From the NCBI GenBank assembly GCA_963816395.1, contig CAWFKQ010000005.1, positions 334,156 to 398,155 on the forward strand: DNA of 64,000 nt, read 5' to 3'. The notes beneath the pieces are model-generated. The model made no database searches. It saw only the letters and a program-made list of their open reading frames with translations, and was not told where the DNA came from. Positions 1 to 10,270 of the stretch are shown here, piece by piece. Positions within the stretch are counted from its first letter, which is position 1; the number at the start of each line of letters is the position of its first letter. The DNA comes from an uncultured delta proteobacterium (GTDB lineage Bacteria; Desulfobacterota; Desulfuromonadia; Desulfuromonadales; JACZKF01). The translations under genes and the position numbers were made by a program.

Positions 1-1709
1 ATGGCCAGCGGGGTGTCGACGAAGATTTCGTAGAATTCCCCCTCGGGCAGCAGCTCGCGCGCCATGCGCCGCTCGCTGCGGAAGGGGGAGATGAAGGAGA
101 CCAGGACAATCAGCCCGGCCTCGACGAAGAGGCGGGAGACTTCGGCGATGCGGCGGATGTTCTCCACCCGGTCGGCGTCGGTGAAGCCGAGGTCGCGGTT
201 CAGGCCGTGGCGGACGTTGTCCCCGTCGAGGATGTAGGTGTGCCTGCCGAGGGAGTGCAGCTTCTTCTCGACCAGGTTGGCGATGGTCGACTTGCCGGCG
301 CCGGAGAGGCCGGTGAACCACAGCACGCAGGGCTTCTGCCCCTTGTGGGCGGCGCGGCTTTCCTTGTGCACGTCGAGGGCCTGCCAGTGGATGTTGGTCG
401 CCCGGCGCAGGGGGAAGTCGATCATCCCGGCGCCGACGGTGGCGTTGCTGAAGCGGTCGATGAGGATGAAGCTGCCGGTGGCCGGGTTCTCCCGGTAGGG
501 ATCGAAGGAGACCGCCTTGCCCAGGGCGAGGTTGCAGACGCCGATCTCGTTGAGTTCGAGGGTCTTGGCCGCCTGGTGCTCGAGGGTGTTGACGTTGACC
601 CGGTACTTGAGATCGCTGACCTGGGCCGAGACGGTGGTGGTGCCGGTCTTGAGCAGGTAGCTGCGCCCGGGCAGCAGCGGCTCCTCGTGCATCCAGACGA
701 CTTTGGCCTCGAACTGGTCGGCATGCGCCGGCCGCGCCGCCGGGTCGGCCAGCAGGTCGCCGCGGCTGATGTCGATCTCGTCCGTCAGCGTCAGGGTGAC
801 CGCCTGGCCGGCCACCGCCTCCGGCAGGTCGCCGTCCAGGGTGACGATCCTCGCGACCCGGCTCGTCTGCCCCGAGGCCGGCACGACGATCTCATCGCCG
901 ACGCGGATCGTCCCCGAGGCGATGGTGCCGGCGAAGCCGCGGAAGTCGAGATTGGGCCGGTTGACCCACTGCACGGGCATGCGGAAGGGCTTCTCCCGCA
1001 TCTCCTCGGCGACCTCGACACTCTCCAGGTAGTCCATCAGGGTCGGCCCCTGGTACCAGGGCATATTGTCGCCGTGGCCGATGATATTGTCCCCCTGCAG
1101 GGCGGAGAGGGGGATGGCGGCGATCTCTTCGAACCCCAGGGCGGCGGCGAAGGCTGCGTACTCCCGGCGGATCTGCTCGAAGCGCTCGGCAGCGTAGCCG
1201 ACCAGGTCCATCTTGTTGACCGCCAGCACCACCTTTTTGATCCCCACCAGCGAGACCAGGTAGCTGTGGCGCCGGGTCTGGGTCAGAACCCCCTTGCGGG
1301 CGTCGATGAGGATGACCGCCACCTGCGCGGTGGAGGCGCCGGTGACCATGTTGCGGGTGTACTGCTCGTGGCCGGGGGTGTCGGCGACGATGAACTTGCG
1401 CTTGTCGGTGGAGAAGAAGCGGTAGGCGACGTCGATGGTGATCCCCTGCTCGCGCTCGGCCTGCAGCCCGTCGAGCAGCAGGGCGTAATCGATGGCCTCC
1501 CCTTGCGTGCCGCAGCGCTTGCTGTCGGCTTCCAGCGCCGCCAGCTGGTCCTCGAAGATCATCTTCGAATCCCACAACAGCCGCCCGATCAGGGTGCTCT
1601 TGCCGTCATCGACGCTGCCGCAGGTGATGAAGCGCAGCATCGACTTTTCTTCCTGCGATTTCAGGTAGGCGTGGATGTCGGAGGCTATGAGTTCGGATTG
1701 GTGGGACAT
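1..1709 (-). CDS. cysNC: Bifunctional sulfate adenylyltransferase subunit 1 / adenylylsulfate (APS) kinase CysNC; C-terminus runs off the left window edge
   Basis: Own translation of the minus strand from ATG at 1709: [11 protein letters not shown].., GTPase motifs GSVDDGKST and DTPGHEQY, then APS-kinase P-loop GLSGAGKST (about 290-320). The frame is open to base 1, so the ORF track (needs a stop) omits it; 207..1712 + is its antisense shadow. Confidence 0.9.
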   Translation of the reverse strand, partial: MSHQSELIASDIHAYLKSQEEKSMLRFITCGSVDDGKSTLIGRLLWDSKMIFEDQLAALEADSKRCGTQGEAIDYALLLDGLQAEREQGITIDVAYRFFSTDKRKFIVADTPGHEQYTRNMVTGASTAQVAVILIDARKGVLTQTRRHSYLVSLVGIKKVVLAVNKMDLVGYAAERFEQIRREYAAFAAALGFEEIAAIPLSALQGDNIIGHGDNMPWYQGPTLMDYLESVEVAEEMREKPFRMPVQWVNRPNLDFRGFAGTIASGTIRVGDEIVVPASGQTSRVARIVTLDGDLPEAVAGQAVTLTLTDEIDISRGDLLADPAARPAHADQFEAKVVWMHEEPLLPGRSYLLKTGTTTVSAQVSDLKYRVNVNTLEHQAAKTLELNEIGVCNLALGKAVSFDPYRENPATGSFILIDRFSNATVGAGMIDFPLRRATNIHWQALDVHKESRAAHKGQKPCVLWFTGLSGAGKSTIANLVEKKLHSLGRHTYILDGDNVRHGLNRDLGFTDADRVENIRRIAEVSRLFVEAGLIVLVSFISPFRSERRMARELLPEGEFYEIFVDTPLA

Positions 1710-1721
1710 TGAAAAACTCCG

Positions 1722-1829
1722 TTTCGCGGTACGCGGTTCGCGGGACGCGAAGGTCAAAAGCGGCAATCAAAGGCGCGGGACGCGAAAGGGTTTTGACTTC
1801 CTCGTACCGCGTCCCTCGTACCGCGCCCC
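1722..1829. repeat. GC-rich heptad-periodic palindromic intergenic element (GGGACGCG...AAGGTCAAA / TTTGAC...CGCGTCCC family), fills the cysD-cysNC spacer
   Basis: tttcgcg gtacgcg gttcgcg ggacgcg aaggtcaaaag ... gggacgcgaaagggttttgacttc ctcgtac cgcgtcc ctcgtac cgcgccc; period-7 arms that are roughly reverse-complementary. Shares its core with 2766, 4623, 8515 and 10271. Confidence 0.8.
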
Positions 1830-1835
1830 TGCTTT

Positions 1836-2743
1836 TCAGAAATACCCTTCCTGTTTCTTCTTCTCCATGCTCCCCGCCTGATCGTGGTCGATCAGCCGTC
1901 CCTGGCGCTCGCTGGTGCGGGTGAGCAGCATCTCCTGGATGATCTCCGGCAGGGTGGCGGCGGTCGATTCGACGGCGGCGGTCAGCGGGTAGCAGCCGAG
2001 GGTGCGAAAGCGCACCGATTTCATACTGCACCTGCTCGCCGGGCTTGAGCTGGAGCCGCTCGTCGTCGACCAGGATCAGCATGCCGTCGCGCTCGACCAC
2101 CGGCCGCACCTTGGCGTAGTAGAGCGGCACGATGGGGATCTGCTCGCGGGTGATGTACTGCCAGATGTCGAGCTCGGTCCAGTTGGACAGGGGAAAGGCG
2201 CGGATGCTCTCGCCGGGCTTGACCCGGGCGTTGTACAGGTTCCACAGCTCGGGGCGCTGGCTCTTGGGGTCCCAGCGGTGGCTGGCGGTGCGGAAGGAGA
2301 AGATGCGCTCCTTGGCCCGGCTCTTCTCCTCGTCGCGGCGCGCCCCGCCGAAGGCGGCGTCGAACTTGTACTTGTCCAGCGCCTGCTTGAGCCCCTCGGT
2401 CTTCATCACGTCGGTGTACAGGGCGCTGCCGTGGGTGAAGGGGTCGATCCCCTGGCGCACCCCTTCCTGGTTGGTGTGCAGCAAGCAGCTCGAAGCCGTG
2501 CTCGCGCGCCATGCGGTCGCGGAATTCAATCATCTCCCGGAACTTCCAGGTGGTGTCGACGTGCAGCAGGGGAAAGGGGATCTTCCCCGGGTAGAAGGCC
2601 TTGCGCGCCAGGTGCAGCATGACCGAGGAGTCCTTGCCGATGGAGTAGAGCATCACCGGCTTTTCGAACTCGGCGGCCACCTCGCGCAGGATGTGGATGC
2701 TTTCGGCCTCGAGCTGGCGCAGGTGGGTCAGGGTTTTCGGCAT
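1836..2743 (-). CDS. cysD: Sulfate adenylyltransferase subunit 2 CysD, split by two apparent frameshifts in this sequence
   Basis: Three track ORFs read as one CysD: 2743->~2490 [58 protein letters not shown]; ~2489->~2027 [40 protein letters not shown]; 2024->1836 [20 protein letters not shown]. Frame changes near 2487 and 2026. Confidence 0.9.
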
Positions 2744-2765
2744 AAGTTCACTTTCTGTTTGAAAT

Positions 2766-2833
2766 CCGGGACGCGGTACGCGGTGCGCGGTACGCGGAAA
2801 GCCTTTGAACTTCGCATCCCGCGTCCGCCGCGG
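2766..2833. repeat. GC-rich heptad-periodic palindromic intergenic element, fills the permease-cysD spacer
   Basis: ccgggacgcg gtacgcg gtgcgcg gtacgcg gaaagcctttgaacttcgcatcccgcgtccgccgcgg; GGGACGCG on the left and CGCGTCC on the right. Confidence 0.75.
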
Positions 2834-2840
2834 TTTTCCC

Positions 2841-4613
2841 CTAAAACTTCCACACCAACGGGATCACTACCAGCGAAACTACCATAAAAAGGATGTTCAG
2901 AGGAATACCGATGCGCAGAAAATCCCGGAAGCGGTAGCCGCCGGGACCGTAGACCATGAGATTGGTCTGGTAGCCGATGGGGGTGGAGAAGCTGGCCGAG
3001 GCGGCGATCGCCACCGCCACGGCGAAGGGTTTGGGATCGAGGCCGGCCTGCGCGGCGGCGGCCACCGCGATGGGGAAGACCAGGGCGGCGGCGGCGTTGT
3101 TGGTGATGACCTCGGTCAGGATGGTGGTGACCAGATAGACGGCCGCCAGCAGCCCGACCGGCCCCACCCCGCGCACGATCTCGATGAGATGCCCGGCGAT
3201 GAAGGCCGCGGCGCCCGTTTTCTCCAGCGCCCGGCTGATACCGAGGGAAGCGGCGATGACGATGAGCACATTCAGCTCGAGCGAGCGCCGCGCTTCAACC
3301 ACGGTCACCGTGCGGGTGAAGAGGAGCACCAGCGCCGCCAGGATGGCGGCTTCCAGGATATCCAGGACGCCCGTCGCCGCCAGCCCCACCATGAGGAGGA
3401 TCGAGAGCAGGGAGATCACGGATTTCCGGCGATTGACCAGCGGCACGTCGCTGACCTTGGAGATCATGTAGAAATCGCGCGACCGCCCCCAGCGCTTGAG
3501 GAAATCGTCCCCGGCCAGAAGCAGGAGGGTGTCGCCCGGATGCAGCTGCAGCTGGCCGATCGGCGTCCGCAGCCGCTCGCCATGCCGGTGCACCGCCAGC
3601 ACGACGGCATCGTACTGGCCCCGGAAGTTGCCCTCCTTGATGGTTTTTCCCAGCATGGGGAAAGAGCGCGAGACGACCGCTTCGATGACCCGTCCCTTGC
3701 CGCTGCGGCGCAGCTCCCGGTAGAAGTGGCGGCCGTGGCCGGGTTCCAGGCCCGGGATCTTCTGCAGCTGGAGGATCGCTTCCACCAGCCCGCTGAACAC
3801 CAGGCGGTCGCCGGCATGCAGGGGATCGGTCGGCCGGACCGGGATCAGGCTGTCGCCGTTGCGCACGATCTCGCCCAGAAACAACTTGTCGAGATTACGC
3901 AGGCCGGCCGCCTCGACCGTTTTCCCCGCCAGCGGGCTGCCGTCGGGAACCCGCATCTCGATCAGGTATTCGCGGCCGCTCTCTACCAGCGTTTCCGCCA
4001 GGTCTTTCCTGGCCGGCAGCAGCCGGTGCCCCCAGAAGAGCAGGTACAGGGTCCCCGCCACGGCGCAGGGCAGACCGACGTAGGCCAGCTCGAACATGCT
4101 GAAGGAAAGCCCGAGGGGCTGCAACAGGCCGTTCACGACCAGATTGGTGGAGGTGCCGATCAGGGTGCAGACACCGCCGAAAATGGAGGCATACGACAGC
4201 GGGATGAGGAATTTGGAGGGGGAGAACCCCTTCTTCAGCGCCCACTCGCGGAGGGTCGGGGTGAACATGGCGACGATCGGGGTGTTGTTGAGGAAGGCGG
4301 ACAGGCCAATGACGGGAGCCATCATCTTCAGCAGGCTGCGGCGCAACCCCCGGCCGTCGCCCATCGCCCGGTTGGCCAGCATCTCCAGGATTCCGGAGGA
4401 CTGGGCGGCATAGGCAACGATAAAGAGGATGCCGACCGTCAGCATCCCCTGGTTGGAGAATCCGCCCAGCGCCTCCTGCGGCTGGAGGATGCCGCCGATC
4501 ATCAGAATCCCCAGGGCGGCGAAGACGATGACATCGGGCGCCAGGATCTCGGCCACCAGGGCGGCGAGCATCAGGCCGACGATGATCAGGGTGAAGATTG
4601 CATCGAATGACAT
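2841..4613 (-). CDS. SLC13/DASS-type anion permease with two central TrkA-C-like domains (possible sulfate/anion uptake, by context)
   Basis: Intact 590-aa ORF. Multi-TM halves (..[15 protein letters not shown].., ..[21 protein letters not shown]..) flank soluble segments (..[23 protein letters not shown].., ..[23 protein letters not shown]..). Lies adjacent to cysD/cysNC. Confidence 0.75.
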   Translation of the reverse strand: MSFDAIFTLIIVGLMLAALVAEILAPDVIVFAALGILMIGGILQPQEALGGFSNQGMLTVGILFIVAYAAQSSGILEMLANRAMGDGRGLRRSLLKMMAPVIGLSAFLNNTPIVAMFTPTLREWALKKGFSPSKFLIPLSYASIFGGVCTLIGTSTNLVVNGLLQPLGLSFSMFELAYVGLPCAVAGTLYLLFWGHRLLPARKDLAETLVESGREYLIEMRVPDGSPLAGKTVEAAGLRNLDKLFLGEIVRNGDSLIPVRPTDPLHAGDRLVFSGLVEAILQLQKIPGLEPGHGRHFYRELRRSGKGRVIEAVVSRSFPMLGKTIKEGNFRGQYDAVVLAVHRHGERLRTPIGQLQLHPGDTLLLLAGDDFLKRWGRSRDFYMISKVSDVPLVNRRKSVISLLSILLMVGLAATGVLDILEAAILAALVLLFTRTVTVVEARRSLELNVLIVIAASLGISRALEKTGAAAFIAGHLIEIVRGVGPVGLLAAVYLVTTILTEVITNNAAAALVFPIAVAAAAQAGLDPKPFAVAVAIAASASFSTPIGYQTNLMVYGPGGYRFRDFLRIGIPLNILFMVVSLVVIPLVWKF

Positions 4614-4622
4614 GGCAAAAAA

Positions 4623-4832
4623 CCCGGGACGCGGCTTGCGGTTCGCGGTTCGCGGAAAGCTTAAGGGCCGGGACGCGGCTTGCGGTTCGCGGTTCGCGGA
4701 AAGCTTAAGGGCCGGGACGCGGCTTGCGGTTCGCGGTTCGCGGAAAGCTTAAGGGCCGGGAGGCGGTTTGCGGTTTGCGGTTCGCGGAAAGCTTTTGACC
4801 TTCGCGGCCCGCGTCCCGCGCACCGCGTTCCG
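4623..4832. repeat. Tandem array: three identical 44-bp units plus a divergent terminal unit that closes into the family hairpin
   Basis: Unit gggacgcggcttgcggttcgcggttcgcggaaagcttaagggcc starts at 4626, 4670 and 4714 (all identical). A fourth unit at 4758 diverges and ends ..gaaagcttttgaccttcgcggcccgcgtcccgcg. Each unit is itself 6 heptads + 2 nt. Units abut with no spacers. Confidence 0.9.
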
Positions 4833-4840
4833 ATTTTTAT

Positions 4841-5188
4841 CTATCCCGGCGGCCAGCCCATTTCCCGGCCGCCGAGGAGGTGAAAGTGCAGATGCCAGAC
4901 GGCCTGTCCGCCTCCCTCGTTGCAGTTGTTGACCACCCGGAAGCCTTCGGCGGCGAAGTCGAGATCGTGCGCCAGCTTGCCGGCGACCTGGAAAATGTGG
5001 CCGACCAGGGCGTTGTCGGCGGTGGTCAGGTCGAGGGTGGTGCGGATGTGCTTGCGGGGGATGAGCAGGTAATGGTGCGGGGCCTGCGGGTTGACATCCT
5101 CCAGGGCCACCACCTGATCGTCCTCATAGACGACCCGGGCCGGGATCTCCCCGTTCAGAATTTTACAAAAGATACAGCTGTCCGGCAT
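4841..5188 (-). CDS. HIT (histidine triad) family nucleotide hydrolase/transferase
   Basis: Internal ATG at 5188 gives MPDSCIFCKILNGEIPARVVYEDD.. ending ..VWHLHFHLLGG (HxHxHxx triad). Confidence 0.85.
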   Translation of the reverse strand: MPDSCIFCKILNGEIPARVVYEDDQVVALEDVNPQAPHHYLLIPRKHIRTTLDLTTADNALVGHIFQVAGKLAHDLDFAAEGFRVVNNCNEGGGQAVWHLHFHLLGGREMGWPPG

Positions 5189-7377
5189 CTTCGCTCCTTT
5201 CTTCCGCCTTGGCGGACGCTCCGCTTCTGACCTCTTCCAGGGGGACCACATGCCAGCGGTCGCGGGCCGCCCGCCGGGCCAGGTTCTCGTCGTGGGTGAA
5301 GAGGATGATCTGATGCTCCGCACCGAGCCGCTCCAGGGCCTTGAGGGTCTCCGCCAGCCGCAGCCGGTCCAGGTTGACCAGGGGATCGTCGAGGAAGAGC
5401 GGCAGATGCCGTCCCTGCGACAGGTGCCGGGTCAGGGCCAGGCGCACCGCCAGATAGATTCCGTCCACCGTGCCGCGACTGAAATGCTCGGCCGGCTGCC
5501 AGCCTCCGGCCCGGGTCGGCAACTGCAGGGAGAAATCCTCGCCCAGGCGGATGCCGTCGTAACGGCCGTGCGTGGTCATCTGCAGATAATGGCCGATTTC
5601 GGCGGCGAAGTGGTCCAGGTAGGTCCGGCGGAACTCGTCCACCGCCCCGGCGAGCAGATCGAAGGCGACGGCCAGGGCATCCTTGCGCCGGACCAGGCGC
5701 TCCTCCCTCTCCTTGAGCCGCTCCCCCTCCTCCTCGATTTCCTCCAGGTGCCCCAACTCTCCCTGCAGAGCCGCTTCCTGCCGGGTGAGCTCGAGCAGCG
5801 TCTGCTCCCGCTGACGCAGACTCTCGCCGAGAGCCGCCAGCTTCTCTTCGGCCTCCGGCAGTGCCTCGGGGGGGAGCAGGTTGGCTACGGGGGGACGGTC
5901 CCGCTCGCGCCGCTCATCCAGCACCGCCAGCTCGCGGGTCAACTGCGCCTTCTCGCCGGAGAGCTCCGCCGATTTCTCCAGTACCTGCAGGGCGCTCGCC
6001 ACCTCCCGCAGGCGCGCCGAAAGCTCCCGATGCCGGCCGAGATTCTTCTGCATCCGGGCGATTTCCACCGCCGACGGGGAGATGCCCAGACGCTTGAAAC
6101 GTTCGTCCAGCGCCGCCAGGCGCGCCTGCGCCTCCTCCCGGCGATTCTCCAGCACCTGCGCCCGGCCCTGGATCCGCCCGCGCTCGCTCCCCGCCTGGAA
6201 GACCCGCCAGAGATGCACCCCCCAGACGCCGGCAGCCACCGCCCCGGCGCCGGCGAGAGACCGACAGCAGCCAGGCGGGACGCAGCCAGGCGAGCAGGCC
6301 GCCGGCCAGGAGCAGGGCGGCGGTAAGTCCCGCCCACGGCTTCCAGGAGGGATTGGCGTGCGCCAGCAGTTCCTGGCGCATGGCCGCCGCCTCCCCCTGC
6401 AGACCGATCAGCTCTTTGCGGATCTCTTCGGCCTCCACCAGCAGCGCCGTCAGTTCCTCGGGCACCTGCCGGGGCAGGCCGGTGCGGGCCAGTTCCTTCT
6501 CCAGGTCCTGCCGCTGCTGTTCCAGTTCCCCCACCTTCTCCGACTGGCGGTTGACCCGGGAGAAGTCCTTGGCCAGAGATTCCTTCTTCTCCTCCAGATG
6601 CCATTGCCGGCGCACCCAGGCGAGGTAGCGCTCGCCCTTGCCGAATTCGCCCCGGTCGGCCTCGATCTCCTGCTGCAGGCCGGCGATCCGGGCGCGCAGC
6701 GCTGCCAGCTCCTGCACCCCTTCCCGGGCGGCAAACCAGCGCCGCTCCAGCTCGCCCATGCGCCGGCGGACCTCGTCGAGTTCACGGTCGCGCGTCTTGT
6801 CCTTCCCCCAGGGGTTCTCCCGGGTGAGGGCGAAATAGTCTTCCTGCAGCGACTGCAGGACCCGGTCGTAATCGACCTCGATGAAGCCGGAAAGGAGAGC
6901 CTTGATCTTCCCCGCCAGCCCCTGCCCGGAGATCTCCAGGCTCCCCTGGCCGAAGAAGAGGGAAGCGCGGAAGATCTCCTCCTCGGTGATGCCGAGCAGC
7001 CGCTGCAGCTGTTCGAGGTACTCGCTGCGTTCCGAGGAGCGCCCCTGGGGGGCGGCCTTTCCCTCGAAAGTATACAGGGTCTGGTAAAGGTCGTCGTGCT
7101 CGCTCAGACGCACCCGGTCGGTCAGGATATCCCGCTCCAGGCGGACGGTTCCCCCCGGTTTTTCCAGGACGAGAGCCGCCTCGCAGCTCCCCTGCCGGCC
7201 CCAGGGCCGGAAACGCTCCTTGTTGCGGGAGCCGAAGAGGACCGCCGGGATCGCCTCCATCAGGGTCGACTTGCCGGCCTCGTTGGGACCGAGAACCAGG
7301 TTCATCCCCCGGCGGAACTCGAGGGTCCGCTCGGCGAAGCGGCCGAAGTGCCGCAGCTCCAGGGTGCGCAGAATCAT
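5163..7377 (-). CDS. sbcC: SbcC/YhaN-like ATPase subunit of an SbcCD-type nuclease, one apparent frameshift
   Basis: ATG 7377 (ATGA overlap with the sbcD stop): MILRTLELRHFGRF..GPNEAGKSTLMEAI (Walker A), long coiled coil, C-terminal ..LPLFLDDPLVNLD..ILFTHDE. Frame switches from ORF 5914..7620 to ORF 5163..6239 near 6250. Confidence 0.8.
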
Positions 7378-8506
7378 GCGGCGCCTCCACCGAACAGCCG
7401 GAAGCGCACCAGCGCTTCGCGGAACGCCTCCTCGATGACCGGCCGCTGCGCCGGCGGGCGCCTCCGCCAGCAGACGCCGGGCGCGCCGGACGAAAACGCC
7501 GCGCACCGTCTGTTCCTGCTCCAGGCGGGCGGCGAAGGCACTGTCGAAAAGCCGCGTGCGGTCCTCCAGTTCCAGATGGAAGAAGGCATCGCGGCAGCGG
7601 GCGCAGCAGGGCAGACACATCGAGCGGCGCCTCGACGATGCCGGTCAGCGCGAGGCGCAGCAGCAGGTCGGGACGCCCTTTGGCGACAATCGCCTCGGCG
7701 ACCCGCCCGGCATCCTCGCAGCCGGAGAGATCAAGGCTCTCGGCCGCCAGTTCCTGGCTGTTGACCGTCACTTTTTCCACTGTCGCCCGCCCCGCCGCCA
7801 GGGTGACCAGGGCGGCGTAGCGGGGGCCGTTCTCACCGAAGCGCTTCCCCTCCGGCGAGCCGGGATAGCAGGCCCAGACCCGCCCGGCCTCCTCCAGGAG
7901 CTCGAAACCGTGGTAATGCCCCAGGGCCACGTAGTCCAGTCCCCATTCGCGCAGGGTGGCGAGGGAGAAAGGCAGATCCTTCTTTCGGTATTCCCACTCC
8001 GGACTTCCCTGGCGGGAGCCGTGCAGCAGGCCGATATGGATCCCTTCCGGGGCGCGCCGGGCCATGCCGGCCAGGGCGTCGGCAGAGGCGAAGGAGCGGT
8101 AGGCGAAGCCGTAGAGGAACACCTGCTCTCCCCCCACCGTGAGCATCGCCGGGGCCTCGACGGTCGGCGCGGCGAGCACCACCGCCCCCGGGAAATCGGC
8201 CTGCCGATACACCGAATCGGCACTCACCAGATTGTCATGGGTGCCGGGGAGAAGCACCGGCACAATTCCCCGGTCGGCCAGGCGTTTGAGGCCGGCCTGC
8301 ACCCGACCGACCAGGGCGGGTTCGGGGCGGGGGTTGTCGAACAGATCGCCGGCGACCAGAAACAATTGGCACTCGCTCTTGATCGCCAGAGTCAGCAGGC
8401 GCTCGAAGGTCTTGAGGAAGGCGTCCCGACGCGCCCCTTCCTGCCCGTCAAGAGCAGGGAAAGGGGCACCCAGGTGCAGATCGGCGGTATGCAGAAATCG
8501 GATCAT
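7374..8506 (-). CDS. sbcD: SbcD-like Mre11-family nuclease subunit, two apparent frameshifts in the C-terminal part
   Basis: MIRFLHTADLHLGAP..VAGDLFD..LPGTHDN..GHYH phosphoesterase motifs. The tail continues in two other frames (..RCRDAFFHLELEDRTRLF.. then ..RPVIEEAFREALVRFRLFGGGAA); changes near 7615 and 7455. Confidence 0.85.
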
Positions 8507-8514
8507 AAATCACT

Positions 8515-8601
8515 CGGTACGCGGTACGCGAAAGGCGTAAAACCAGGGACGCGGTACGCGAAGGTCAAAGATTTTCGCGAACCGCAAACCGCGTCCCGCG
8601 C
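8515..8601. repeat. GC-rich heptad-periodic palindromic intergenic element, fills the methylase-sbcD spacer
   Basis: cggtacgcggtacgcgaaaggcgtaaaaccagggacgcggtacgcgaaggtcaaagattttcgcgaaccgcaaaccgcgtcccgcgc; GGGACGCGGTACGCG pairs imperfectly with CGCGAACCGCAAACCGCGTCCC. Confidence 0.8.
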
Positions 8602-8611
8602 TTTATCTGCT

Positions 8612-9376
8612 TCATTCCTGAAACTGCCAGATGGTCTCCCGGCGGAAGTCCCACCAGCTGGCGTCGATGCGGGTAGACAGGGTTTCGCCGGCGATCACCA
8701 GGGTGAGGGCCGGCCGTTTCTTCGGGCCGCCGAGTTCGAAGAAATCCCGGCCGCCGGCTTTCTCCACGATATCGTCGAGGGTGCCGGTCAACACCTCCTG
8801 CCCGGGCAGGCAGAGCCGGTGCAGGATGGCGATCGGCACGCTGCGGCCATAGCCGGCGCGCAGTTCCGCCACCAGTTCCGGCAGCGGGAGATCGTTCATG
8901 TAAAGAAGCAGCGTCACCCCGGGCGCCGCCAGCTCGCGCAGGGCCGGGGCACCGGGCTCTTCCGCCAGCAGGCGCGGCGAGGCGATGATCGCCCGGTTGC
9001 AGGCCCCGGGAAGGTCGAGGGTTTTCTTCAGCCAGGCCGCGGCGGCATTGGCCGTCCCCACCCCGGGGACCGCCACCGCCCGCTCCCCCAGGGGATCGAT
9101 CAGCGCCTGAAAAGGGGAATAGAAGGTGAGGTCGCCGGGGACCAGGAAAGCCACGTCCCCCTCCCGCAGCCGCGCCTCCACCTGCTCCAGCAGCTCCGCG
9201 AAATAGAAATCGAAGGGGACCAGGATTTCCTTGCCGGCGAGCAGGGCGGCGAAGGTCGTCTCGTAGGGCGTAGGGGCGAAGACCGTCCGGCAGCCGGCCA
9301 GCAGCCGGGCCCCCTTGAGGGTCAGGAGGTCGGGGTCGCCGGGTCCGGCGCCGATGAAGTAGACGCGGCTACTCAT
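8612..9376 (-). CDS. Tetrapyrrole (corrin/porphyrin) methylase superfamily protein, substrate not assignable
   Basis: From ATG 9376: MSSRVYFIGAGPGDPDLLTLKGARLL.. (GxGxGD SAM motif); CbiF/CobM-like length and pattern; intact. Confidence 0.7.
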   Translation of the reverse strand: MSSRVYFIGAGPGDPDLLTLKGARLLAGCRTVFAPTPYETTFAALLAGKEILVPFDFYFAELLEQVEARLREGDVAFLVPGDLTFYSPFQALIDPLGERAVAVPGVGTANAAAAWLKKTLDLPGACNRAIIASPRLLAEEPGAPALRELAAPGVTLLLYMNDLPLPELVAELRAGYGRSVPIAILHRLCLPGQEVLTGTLDDIVEKAGGRDFFELGGPKKRPALTLVIAGETLSTRIDASWWDFRRETIWQFQE

Positions 9377-9391
9377 CCGCACTCCACAACC

Positions 9392-9468
9392 AGCTGCAAG
9401 CTGCAAGCTGCAAGCTAAGAGCTTAAGTTTGAATTTTTTTTCTAGCTTGCAGCTTGCAGCTTGTAGCT
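9392..9468. repeat. Long hairpin built from (AGCTGCA)n heptads: 25-bp arms, 24/25 complementary, 27-nt A/T-rich loop
   Basis: Left arm 9392..9416 agctgcaagctgcaagctgcaagct. Right arm 9444..9468 agcttgcagcttgcagcttgtagct. Loop aagagcttaagtttgaatttttttttc-like, containing CTTAAG. Confidence 0.9.
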
Positions 9469-10204
9469 TCTTTTCGCATCCAGATGAGAAACTCCCTGTT
9501 CCCTTTCGGGCCGAGGATGGGGCTTTCGGTGACTCCCAGCACCGCGCAGCCGAGTTCCGCGGCCAGCTCCCGGACCTTGTTCACCACCCGGGCGTGCTTC
9601 TCCGCTCTCCCGCACCACGCCCCCCTTGCCGACTTCCCCGCGTCCCACCTCGAACTGCGGCTTGATCAGGGCGAGCACCTCGGCATCGGCGGCCAGCAGC
9701 GCCAGGGTCGGCGGCAGGACCTTGTCGAGGGAGATGAACGAGGCGTCGATCACCGCCAGGTCCGGACGTTCGGGGAGACGGTCGGCCGTGAGGTCGCGGA
9801 TGTTGGTGCGCTCCAGGTTGACCACCCGCGGGTCCTCGCGCAGCTTCCAGGCGAGTTGACCGTAGCCGACGTCGACCGCATAGACCCGCGCCGCCCCCCG
9901 CTGCAGCAGACAATCGGTAAAACCGCCGGTGGAGGCGCCGACGTCGATGGCAACCCGCCCGCCTACCGCCACCGCGAATTCGTCCAGTGCCCGCTCCAGC
10001 TTGAGGCCGCCGCGCGACACGTAAGCGGATATCCTCTCCCTTCAGGCGCAGAGCACAGTCGGCCTCGACCTGCGCCCCCGCCTTGTCCACCGCGTGCTCG
10101 CCGACCACCACCTTGCCGGCCAGAATCAGGGCGCGCGCCCGTTCCCGGGACTGAGCCAGTCCGCGTTCCACCAGCAGCTTGTCGAGGCGTTCTTTTCTGG
10201 GCAT
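9423..10204 (-). CDS. tlyA: TlyA-family rRNA 2-prime-O-methyltransferase (S4 + FtsJ domains), two apparent frameshifts
   Basis: [34 protein letters not shown] (S4) .. [30 protein letters not shown] (SAM site) .. [15 protein letters not shown]. Pieces lie in three frames (changes near 10025 and 9610). In the corrected frame the stop is TAA 9423..9425, inside the hairpin loop. Confidence 0.85.
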
Positions 10205-10270
10205 GGGCGGGGACAGGAAAGCGCAAGGCGGTTGAAATTCCATCTTTCAGAAGCGGCCCAAGAGTAACAC

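Noticed and set aside
207-1712. 501-aa plus-strand ORF, the longest listed at the left edge
   Set aside because: It is the antisense shadow of cysNC. Its sequence is low-complexity and G/A/D/V/L/R-rich with no motifs, while the minus strand reads as a textbook CysN-CysC fusion that is open to base 1.
2805-4610. 601-aa plus-strand ORF
   Set aside because: It is antisense to the intact 590-aa SLC13-type permease. Its G/D/R/Q/H-rich composition is typical of GC-rich antisense frames.
4623-4832. Possible CRISPR array (regular repeats)
   Set aside because: The 44-bp units abut directly with no unique spacers, and three are identical throughout. It is a plain tandem repeat, and there are no cas genes.
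5881-9418. Plus-strand ORFs 5881..7764 (627 aa) and 7556..9418 (620 aa)
   Set aside because: They are antisense to sbcC, sbcD and the methylase gene, with P/R/A/G-rich nonsense sequence.
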